A stretch of DNA of 64,000 nucleotides from Phoronis australis (lineage: Eukaryota > Animalia > Phoronida): assembly GCA_002633005.1 (NCBI GenBank), contig NMRA01000132.1, positions 740,585-804,584 of the forward strand, written 5' to 3'. The translations under genes and the position numbers were made by a program. Below, one piece after another: positions 14,101-26,100 of this stretch (position 1 is its first letter; each line of letters begins with the position of its first letter). The notes below the pieces were generated by a model that made no database searches, was not told the origin of the DNA, and saw only the letters and a list, made by a program, of their open reading frames with translations.

Positions 14101-17100
14101 GTCTGGCGTTTTTGTTGTTTTTATCGCATCCTCCACCCCTGCTTAAACAATGTGATTTTCAAGGAATAACATAAAAGTGACAATGTTTGCTGGCGGTCCT
14201 AGAGGAGGAATTGGTAGCACAATATTTCGTCGCTTAGTCACTTACGGCATCTGACAATAAATAACGAGTTGCGTTCTCGGCTTCTAAACAGTGAGAATCG
14301 AACTCGTTGTAATGAGTTGTGAATTCATTACATTTAGTTGTCAATCCATTACACTGAATTTAACACGTGAAATGTGAACCGATTATTATGACTTGAAAAT
14401 CGATACGAGGAGATCTAATTGTGCTGAGATGGTAATACTTGCAGAGAATTACAATTTTGAGTTAATGGCAGAGTTGACGCCTTTACACGTCCTCATCATA
14501 GCATTGATTCTCCGTTTTCTTCGAAGTAAAAACTTCTCAATTCATTCCTTTCCAATAAGATGGTATCTAAATTTTTGTTTCAGCAACTTTTGCGAAACGA
14601 TTGAGTAATGGTAAGTCTTTTGCTTGGCTTATAATAAGTTAGCAGCTGATAGAAAATAAATAGCTTTGCTGCGATGTTGACTTCTGGCAATGTTAACAAT
14701 TAATATCTCCTTTCGGGTTAACGACCGCTGTAGTTTGCTTTTACGGCTATAATTAAAGCAGAATATTCAATAACAATAACTCCGACGAAGGAATCGTAGT
14801 ATTGAAAACTTTATTGAAAGTTCAGATTTGAAGGTTTCGGAACGATTTAAAACGCATTGATTGAGTTTGAAAGCGTCATAATGAGTTGCCAATTATATTG
14901 GATGACTTTAAATCCACTGTACTAAGTTTTCAACTCTTAAAACTGAGTTGGAAGTAATTATGTTAAGTTAGTAATTGAATTAACAATTTCTTGGAGCACG
15001 CGCACTTCAGTATTCGAACGACAATGCTTCATTTGATGTGAAATAAAATTTGCCAATTCAGTCATTTCATGATATGGTTGCATTTGTGTTTCAGCAACAA
15101 TTGCCAAAATATTCACTAACGGTAAGTTGTTTGGACACTTTGGCCTCCGATAGCCAAAAACTGTTGCGTTAATTGTTACAATGTTCACCCCTGTCTAGCG
15201 CGTCCACGTTTGTTAATTAAGACCCGCCTGTAGTGTGTCTCCCGTTTTCGTCGTTTTTACCACATGCTCTATCTATGGTCAACCAACGTGATTTCCAATG
15301 AAAAACTGAAAAGTGCCAGTGGTGGTTCTAGAGGAAGTAGTTGGTAGTTGAAGCAGAGTATTTCATAAAAATATCGCACTTTACTCTAATAACAGTAGTT
15401 ATAGTACGGCAAATATGGTAGGACTAGCTGTGCCAAAAACTCAAATTTTGAAGTCATTTTAACGACTTCTGACACACAATGAAGAGTTGTCGGCATATTT
15501 GTTTCAAACTGGCACTACAGCGAGCTGCAAACACGATGTAATGAATTGCGAATTCAAAACATTGGAGTTTTAATTAATTGCTTTGAGTATAACACGTGAA
15601 ATGTCAACGGATTGTTATGACCTGGAACTCGATATCAGAAGTAAGAACTCCTCAATTCATTCTTTTTCAATAATATCGCAATTAAACTTATATTTCAGCA
15701 ACGTTTGCTAAACGACTGAGTAACAGTAAGCCTTTTGCATGACTTGGCAGCTGATAAGTTTGATACGATGTTGACCTCTGGCAACGCTTATTCCTTTTAA
15801 GAATTAATATCTCCTTTCGGATTATGGACCACTTTCTGTTTTTTTTACTGCAGTAATTAAAGCAAAATATTTAATAACAATAAGTCCGACTAGGGAATCA
15901 ATGAATTCAAAAAATTACTGCACGTTGAATTTTGAAGTTTTTGGAACGATTTCAAACTTATTCATTGAGTTTCAAAGCATAATCATGAGTTGCCAATTGT
16001 TTACAAAGACTTCATGTTCATTGTCCTGACTTCTCAACTATTACACTAAGTTGGAAGCCTTTATAATAACTTTAAAACTAGAATCATATTTGGAACCCAT
16101 GCACTTCCGTATTGGAACTACAATGCTGCATTTGATGGGAAGTGAATTTTTTCAATTCAGTTCTTTCCTGATATGGCTGTATTTGTGTTTCAGCAACTAT
16201 TGCCAGAAGATTCACCAACGGTAAGTTCTTTGCACAATTTGGCATGTGATAGCCAGATAGTGTTGCCTTGTTTCAGCGTTGACCTTTATGCAACGCCTCC
16301 GTGTATGTTGAGTAATGCCGCCCTTTAGTGTGTCTGGCGTTTTTGTTGTTTTGATCGCATCCTCCACCCCTGCTTAAACAATGTGATTTTCAAGGAATAA
16401 CATAAAAGTGACAATGTTTGCTGGCGGTCCTAGAGGAGGAATTGGTAGCACAATATTTCGTCGCTTAGTCACTTAACGGCATCTGACAATAAATAACGAG
16501 TTGCGTTCTCGGCTTCTAAACAGTGAGAATCGAACTCGTTGTAATGAGTTGTGAATTCATTACATTTAGTTGTCAATCCATTACACTGAATTTAACAAGT
16601 GAAATGTGAACCGATTATTATGACTTGAAAATCGATACGAGGAGTTCTAATTGTGCTGAGATGGTAATACTTGTAGAGAATAACAATTTTGAGTTAATGG
16701 CAGAGTTGACGCCATTAAACGTCCTCATTATAGCAATGATTCTCCGTTTTCTTCGAAGTAAAAACTTCTCAATTCATTCCTTTCCAATAAGATGGTATCT
16801 AAATTTTTGTTTCAGCAACTTTTGCGAAACGACTGGGTAATGGTAAGTCTTTTGCATGGCTTATAATAAGTTAGCAGCTGATCGAAAATAAATAGCTTTG
16901 CTGCGATGTTGACTTCTGGCAATGTTAACAATTAATATCTCCTTTCGGGTTAACCACCGCTGTAGGTTGCTTTTACTGCTATAATTAAAGCAGAATATTC
17001 AATAACAATAACTCCGACGAAGAAATCGTAGAATTGAAAAGTTTACTGAAAGTTCAGATTTGAAGGTTTCGGTACGATTTATAACGCATAGATTGAGTTT

Positions 17101-20100
17101 CAAAGCGTCCTAATGAGTTGTCAATTATATTCTATGAATTTAAATCCACTGTATTAAGTTTTCAACTCTTTACACTGAATTGGAAGTAATCATGTTAAGT
17201 TTATAATTGAAATCGCAGTATATTTGGAGCACGTTTACTTCCGCATTGGAACTATCGTTCTGCATTTGATATGAAATAAAATTTGCCAATTCAGTCTTTT
17301 CCTGATATGATTGCATTTGTATTTCAGGAACAATTGCCAAAAGATTCAGTAACGGTAATTTGTTTGGACACTTTGGCATCCAATAACCAAAAACTGTCGT
17401 GTCGTTACAATGTTTACCTCTAGCGAATGGCTCCATGCTTGTTAATTAAGACCCGCCTGTAGTATGTCTCCCGTTTTCGTCGTTTTTACCACATGCTCCA
17501 TCTATGGTCAACCAACGTGACTTCCAATGAATAACTAAAAAGGGCCAGTGGTTGTTCTAGCGGAAGTATTTGGTGTTTGAAGCAGAATATTTTATAAAAA
17601 ATATCTCACTTACTTTAATAACAGTAGTTATAGTACGGAAACTTTAGTAGGACCAGCTGTGCCAAAAACTCAAACTTTGAAGTCATTTCAACGATTTCTG
17701 ACACATAATGAAGAGTTGCATAGTCGTTGTATTTGTTTCAAACTGGCACTACAGCGAGCTGCGAACTCGATGTAATGAGTTGGGAATTCAAAACATTGGA
17801 GTTTTCAATTAATTGTTTTGAATTTAACACGTGAAATGTGAACGGTTTATTATGACTTGTAACTCGATACTAGGAGTTCTAATTATACTGAGATGGGAAT
17901 CCTTGTAGAGAATTATGAATTTGAGTTAACCGCAGAGTTGAGGCCACTACGCGTCCTCATTATAGCGTTGATTCTCCATTTTCTTCGAAATAAGAACTTT
18001 TCAACTCATTCCTTTCCCATAAGATCGTAAATAAATTTCTGTTTCAGCAACGTTGGCCAAACGACTAAGTAACGGTAAGTCTTTTGCTTTGTTTGCAATA
18101 AGTTAGCAGCTGATAGAATGTAGATAGCTGTGATACGATGTTGACTTCTGGCAATGCTAATAATTAATATCTCCTTTCGGGTTAACGACCACTCTCGTTT
18201 GGTTTTACGGCAGCAATTTAAAGCAGAATATTCAATAACAATTTCTGCGACGAAGAAATCGTAGAATGGAAAACTTTACAGCAACTTCAAGTTTAAAGTT
18301 TTTGGAACGATCTGAAACTTATAGATTGAATTTCGAAGCAGTATAATGACTTTAAAATTATATGCAATGACTTCAAACCCATTGTACGAAGTTCTCAACA
18401 CTTTACACTGAGCTGGAAATAATTATGTTCAGTTAATAATTGAATTCCCAGTTTATTTGGAGCACGCGCACTTCAGTATTCGAACGATAATATTTCATTT
18501 GATGTGAAAAAAATCTGCCAATTCATTCTTTTCCTGATATGGTTGCATTTGTGTTTCAGCAACAATTGCCAAAAGATTCAGTAACGGTAAGTTGCTTGGA
18601 CTGTTTGTCCTCCGATAGCCAAAAATTGTTGCGTTAATTGTTACAATGTTCACCTCTTTCTAGCGCCTCCATGCTTGTTCATTAAACCCGCCTGTAGTGT
18701 GTCTCCCGTTTTCGTCGTTTTTACCACATGCTCTATATATAGTAAACCAACGTAATTTCCAATGAATAACTAAAACTGCCAGTGGTGGTTCTAGAGGAAG
18801 TAATTGGTAGTTGAAGCAGAATATTTCATAAAAATATCTCACTTTACTCTAATAACAGGAACTTTAGTAGGACCAGCTGTGCCAAGTACTCAAACTTTGA
18901 AGTCATTTCAACGATTTCTGACACACAGTGAAGAGTTGCAGTCGGTGTATTTGTTTCAAACTGGCACTATAATGAGCCGCAAACGTGATGTAATGAGTTG
19001 TGAATTCAAAACATTGGAGTCTTTAATTCATTAAAATGAATTTAACATGTGAAATGTGAACGGACTTGAAACTCGATATCAGGAGTTCTCACTATCGTCA
19101 ATTGGAAGTCACCATAAATTATTCTAATTTTGAGTTAAGGGCAGAGTTGACACCACTGCCTTCCTTAGTTGATGGTCTGTTTTCTTCGAAGTAAGAACTT
19201 CTCAATTCATTCGTTTTCCATAAGATCGCACTTTTGAAATTTATGTTTCAGCAACGTTTGCTAAACGACTGAGCAACGGTAAGCCTTTTGCTTGACTTAT
19301 GTTAGATTGGCAGCCAATAGGTTTGATACGATGCTGACCTGTGGCAACGCTCATTCGATTTGATAATTGATATCTACTTTCTGTTTAATTACCGCTTTCG
19401 TTTGTTTTTACTGCAGCAATTAAAGCAGATTATTCAGTAAGTAACTCTACTGCAAGTTCAAACTTGAAGTTTTCTGAATAATTTGAAACTTATATATTGA
19501 GCTTCAAAGCAATGTAATGAGTTGCCAATTGTTAACGAAGAGTTCATACCCATTGTACTGTGTTCTCAACTCTTTATGCTAAGTTGGAAGACCTTATAAA
19601 AAGTTTAAAGTTGAATTCGCGGCATATTTGAAGCTTGCACACTTCCGTATTCGAACCATAACAGTGCATTTGATGTAAAATAAAGTTTGTCAAGTCTTTC
19701 CTGATATGGTTGCTTTTATGTTTCAGCAACAATTGCCAAAAGATTCATTAACGGTAAGTTGTGTGCACACTTTCGCATCTGATAGCCAAAATCTTTGCCT
19801 TGCTGGAACGTTGAGCTCTATCTAACACCTCCATGTTTGTTCATTGATTCCTACCTCACGCGTGTCTGGGATTTTCATCGTTTTTAGCGCATGCTCTATG
19901 GTCAACCAGCGTGATTTCCAAGGTCATAACTAAAACTTTTCACTTTCCTCTGGTGATTCTTGTGGAAATATGTAGTTGAAGCAGAATATTTCGTCATTTA
20001 ACAGCTACTGATAGATAATAACAAGCCGCATAATCGGTATATTTTTTTCAAAATCGCTACAGTGAGCTGCAAACTCGTTGTAATCAGCTTTGAATTCATC

Positions 20101-23100
20101 ACATTGAGTTGTCAATTAATTACATTGAATTGAACACGAGATTACTGTAAACGAATTGTTATGACGTGAAAACTCGATCTGAGGAAGCGTGTTTTAAATC
20201 ATGTGCAGATTTGTAATTTTGAGTTAACGGCAAAGTTGACGCCACTACGCATCCGTAATATGGCGTTGATGCTTTGTTTTCTTCAAAGTAAAAACTTCTC
20301 AATTCATTCCATTTCCATAAGTTCGCAATTAAATTTGATTAACGGTAAGTCTTTTGCTTGGCTTATGACAGATTGGCAGCTGATAGGTTTGATACGATGT
20401 TGACCTCTGGCAACGCTTATTCGTTTTGATAATTGATATCTTCTTTCGGGTTAATGACCCCTCTAGACTGTCTTTGCCGCGGTAATTAAAGGAGAATATT
20501 CAAAAACACTAATTACAACTGTGGAATCGTAGAATTGCAAACTCTACTCCTAGTTCAAATTTGAATTTTTTTTGGAACAAATTGATGCTCGAAAATTGAG
20601 TTTCAAAGTATTATAATGAGTTGCCAATTGTTAACAAAGACTTCATATTCATTGTTCTAAGGTCTCACTCTCAGCTCTTTATACCGAGTTGGAAATCACT
20701 GTAATAAGATGAAAATTAAATTCGCAGCACATTTGAATCACTTGCACTTCCGTATACGAACCACAATCCAGTTCTTTCCTGATATGGTTGCATTTGTGTT
20801 TCAGGAACAATTGCCAAAAGATTCACTAACGGTAAGTTATTTGCACAATTTGGCACCTGATAGCCAAAAATGGTTGCCTCTTACAGCGTTGACCTCTGTC
20901 TAACGCCTCCATGTTTGTTAATCCACATCCGGCTGTAGCGTGTCTGCCGTTTCTGTTGTTTTTTTACAGCATGCTCTACCTGTGGCCAACCAAAGTGATT
21001 GCAAAAAAAATAATCAAAAAGTTCAGTGTTCGAATGTGGTTCTAGCCGAAGTAGTTGAACCAGAATAGTTAAGAACTTTATATTTCAGCACCAATTGCCA
21101 AAAGATTCACTAAGGGTAATTTTCTAACACACTGTGAAATCTGATAGCCAAAAATTGTTGTTTTTTCAAGACGTTAAACTCTGTATAACGCCTTCAAGCT
21201 TGTAGGAGTGTTAAGACCACGCTTTCATTCTGTGACACTTTATTGAATCTAAGTCGCTTGTGCCCTGACATACAGAAAGCAATTACAACTCTTTCTGCAA
21301 CATATGTCAATGGTCATCCTGTCGCTTGCACTCAAGCAATGATTCTTCGAATGGGCAATGTGTCAAAGTCGTGGACCAAGTAGGTCAACCGACTTGGTCG
21401 GGTGACTAATTGGTCTACGACATCAACATACAGAAATGAACAGTACATCACATGGATACTCAGGCTGGATGGGCCATAGAAGTTACTCAACAGAAAACAA
21501 AGCAAGTTGACATATCTGAAATCTTTTGTTGTGCTAACGTAAAAGTAAATCCAAAATGAACAGTTATTCAATATAAAGAGACAACTTAGTCAACTAAGAG
21601 ATAACAAGACCAATTTGAAAACCATGTCATTCCTGGCATCAACACAGGGTCCGAGTGATTTTTTGAGCGATGACAGGCAGACCAATAGACCAAAACAAAC
21701 CCAAACAAATGGACAATTATGACGCAATTACAAGATATTGTAGTACTGCACAATTTTGATGAAAATGCAGAAGAATCTGGCCTATATAGATGACTTTGTG
21801 TCCGAATAACCGAGGAACTTATTTTTACGCTTGAATAATCTGATTAATTTGTTCACGTTTCATATAGAGTGGAGTATTCTTTTTCTTCAACAACAAGATT
21901 TTTAAATGTCGCCTGTAAATTATTATTTTTTTGCTCTCATTCATAAGGTGATGAAGTGTTTAGTGTTGGAATTTTGACATTTCCTTTGAAATTCTATTTA
22001 GTCCGTTCAGTTAATGTTATTAGTGAAATGAACATTTTCCCATAGCCAAATTGTTTTCATTGATAGAAAGCTCTTTAGAAACTTCAGAGTTCAGCTTTTT
22101 TCAGAGTAATGTTGCTTTGCAGATTTTACGTGTGTTCTCTGCAACAATCTAAAATAAAAGAGTAGGAAACAACCACATGACCACCTGGGATTGCCACTTT
22201 TAAGGCCAGGGGATACCTTGATTTGCTGTTATAAGAATCAAACAAAAGTACGATTTTATAGTTGATCAAGACTTAGTGAGAGAGGATATAATTCTTTGGG
22301 AGTTTGCCACCATTTCTTGTCATTATAGCGTGGACCTCATTTTGCGTTACTGATCCTCTTCTCTGTGTGATAAAATCTCCTTGAGAAAGAATTAAGTTTC
22401 ACGTACCGGTAGGCAAAGTGTTGTTTACAGCTATATTTGCTTTTTGTTGTCTTCAATCCATTAACCACAGAAAATAAATCAAATACATTGGGTGATTTAG
22501 AACAGACACTAACAAAACACAAATGAATTACCAAGTAGTGATTGCACACTCAGTTGTTAAGTAAACTTAATTGAAGAGCATTTATTTATAGGTACCTTGG
22601 GTACATGCTTAGCTACTTTCTCTTCTCTTAATGGCGGAGCTTTAATGTGTTGGAGGGGTATTTTGGTGCTGTCTTGGGACTTAAGTTCCCTTATCTAGTT
22701 CTCTTGATTTTATCTCTGCTGTCACATGGGGTTCTAAGAACTGAAGCAATACACAATTACGGCCATATAAATGACTCAACTGTGTATCTGACTGTAAATG
22801 TTGTTGACCAAGCATATGTGGAACGTTTGACTGAACATGTATAGCCAAAACATAGTCTGAGATCGAACACAATGATGATGGTTTCAACAAAACGCCCTTA
22901 ATTGTCAAATGGATTAAGAGGTTGCACTCTGCCATGACAAAAGAATAGTTTAATAAAATTGTGACATCAGCGTATTTCTAAACCGCAAGGTCACCTTGGT
23001 TAGCTTCAGTCTCCTTTTGGGATGCATATAAAGTGAACAGTAAGCTTGTCCAGAGTGTTTCTTTTAATATTTGTACGAAAATGGAGAATAAGTTCACTTT

Positions 23101-26100
23101 GGTTAAATTCAATGTAGTGACCAGTTTTAGTTTACACATTCAAATGAAAAACTACAAATAATGAATAAACGAGATTGCTTATTTAGGTTAATAATGTCTA
23201 AGGTTCTCTTGACAACAGTTGCCAACTTTATTAAAGTCTGCCATTATCTTGTGTCTTGTTCTACTCACAGGTGTTCATTTAAATGGATGACACCAGTGAC
23301 GTCTGCATAACCAAATTACACAAGTACATATAATTGCGCAACTGAAATAGTTCTCAATACATGATATAGCTGTAGAGTTATTATATCCACTATTACGAAA
23401 ATATCATGACGTTCTCGAAAGTGCATGAATGAAACTGAAAGCTTGTATTAAATCACCAAAGTCTGTAAAGAAAATCACAACAAGTTTTGTATTCATATAC
23501 CACCTTCACATCAACGTATTATTTTGTAAAATAATAAATATTGGATGTAGAAAAAATCGGTGTCATCTCATACACTGTTTTTTGTGTTGTTTTTGTATAG
23601 TTTAACGAAAAGTCTTCAATTATTTTATGAAAATTCATTTATAGCGTGCACAGAATACTAGGCTGGGTGTTAAGTTCCAATGGTTACTATTACTAATAGT
23701 AGTGATAATGAGGGTGTCGGTAAGTTGACACTTTCTAAGTTATAAACATATTAGCTGTCCGAGATCTGTACTGCTGAAGTTAGAGACCAAGCGAGTTTTC
23801 TCATGACTAAAAAGCGTCCGCGTATGCAAGTGGTTCTAATCGATATAACACGAAGTTGAAGCAGAATATTTCATCAAAGTAACTCACTTTACTCTAGTAG
23901 TTATAGCACGGAAATACAGTGGGACCAGCCTTGCCAGGAACGCAAATTTGAAGTCATTACAAAAACTTCCGACGCATTGTAATTCCTGTGAACTAATTCC
24001 AGTGAGTTACAAACTAATTGTAATGAGACGTCAATTCAGTACATGGAATTTGAAACTCACAATGCATTGTGAACTGTTTATAATGACTTGAAATTCATTC
24101 AGTGTATTTAGTAGTAAATCATTACAAGTGCGATTTGATTTGCAGTTTAAGTGAACGTCAGAGTTGGCTCCGCTACGTTCCCGTATTTGAGCCCTGGTGC
24201 TCTGTTTGCTTCGAAGTATAATGGTTCTCAATTAGGTCCTTTTGCTAAAAGATCTCAATTAAATTTCTGTTTCAGCAACCTTTGCTAAACGACTGAGTAA
24301 CGGTAAGTCTTTTTGTTTGGCAGCTGACAGAAAAAAAAAAACTAGTTTTAAAACGACGTTGGTATCTTCCAGAGCTTATATCTTTTGATAATTAATATTC
24401 CACTTCTGATTAACGAGCCCTTTGTTTATTTGTACCGCATTAATTAAAGCAGAATATTCATTCAGCAATAATTCAAGAGTACGATCAAAGTAGCACCAAG
24501 TCTGCTGCGGGTCGATTTTCAACTCGTCGAGTTTCAAAGCATTATAGTGAGTTTCCAATTATTTACAATGTATGTAAATTCAATCTAATGAGTTGTCAAT
24601 TCTTTATACTGATTTAGAAGTCATTATAATAATTTTATATTTGAGCTCGCACCAAAGTTGGAGCAGGTAAATCTCGTATTAGATCTATAAAATGCGCTTG
24701 ATGTGATTGCTTTCCTGATATGGTCGCATTTGTGTTTCAGCAACAATTGCGAAAAGATTCCCTAACCGTAAGTTGTTTGCACGTCTGATAGCCAAAATGG
24801 TTTGCTTTGCTACAACGTTGACCTCTGTCTAACCCCCGTTGTTTGTTTATAATACCCGTCTTTAGTGTGTCTGCCGTTTTCGTCGTTTTTACCACAAGCT
24901 CTATCTATGGTCAACCAACACGGTTTCCAAGGAGTAATTAATCGTTACATTGAGTTTAAAAATTCACAATGCATGCTGAAACTCATTATGTTGAGTTAGA
25001 AGTTGTTATGAAGAGTTCCAATTTGAGTGAACGGCAGAGTTAGCTCCGCTACGCCTCCGTATTAGAACACTTATGCTCTATTTGCTTCGAAGCATAACAA
25101 TTATCAACTGAGTTCTTTCTCATAAGAACGCTTTTAAATTTCTGTTTCAGCAACGATTTCCCTACGACTGGCTAACGGTAGGTCTTGGTTTATGGTTAAT
25201 TGGCGGCTGATGGAAAAAGGTAGCTGTGATACGATATTGTCCAACAGCAACGCTGATACGTTTTGATAATTCATTATAATGAGTCGTCAAATTTTTATAC
25301 TGAGTTAGAAGTCATTATAGGTATTTAATATTTAAACTCGCAGCAATGTTAGAGCACGTAACTTCCATGATAGAACCTTAATACTGCATTTGATCTGAAA
25401 TGAAATTAGTCAATTCTTTACTTTCCTGATGTGGTCACACTTGTGTTCCAGCAACAATTGCCAAACGATTCAGTAATGGTAAGTTTTTACACACTTTGGC
25501 ATCTGATAACCAAAAACATGGCAGTATATTGAGTTGGAAATCATCACAAAGAGTTCCAATCTGAGTGAACGGCAGATTTGGCTCCGCTGCGTTTCCATAT
25601 TTGAGCTCTGATGCTCTGTTTGCTTCGAAGTATAATGGTTCTCAAGTAGGTCCTTTGCTATAAGATCTCAATTAAATTTCTGTTTCAGCAACCTTTACTA
25701 AACGACTGAGTAATGGTAAGTGTTTTTGCTTGGCTTACGATAAATTGGCAGATGACAGAAAAAAGCTATCTTTGATATGACGTTGACCTCTTCCAAAGCT
25801 TTTGATATTAATATTCAAACTCAGATTAACGAGCCCTTTTGTTTGTTTGTAATGTGTTTCACGTGTAATGTGCTTCACGTGTAATGTGCTTCACGTGTAA
25901 TGTGCTTCACGTGTAATGCGCTTCACGTGTAATGTGCTTCACGTTACCGCATCTTTTATCTATCAGCAACCAATGTGGTTTCCACTGAATTATTAAAAAA
26001 TGGTCAGTTTTGGTAGTGGTTCTGGCCGAAGGATTTCGTAGTTGAAGCTTTCAGTAAATAATTAATCAAAATAACTCACTTTACTGTAACAAGAGTAGTT

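Noticed and set aside
8423-20903. Recurrent 60-90 aa ORFs in the array (MNIVTINATVFGY..., MKIDTRRSNC..., FQQLLPEDSPTVS...)
   Set aside because: They recur only because the DNA is repeated. They read through splice sites in the wrong frame or strand and are broken in other monomers.
6255-25715. Phase-0 reading of the microexons (QQLPKDSLT)
   Set aside because: Most L-type exons contain TGA in that frame, and exon 1 ends in phase 1.
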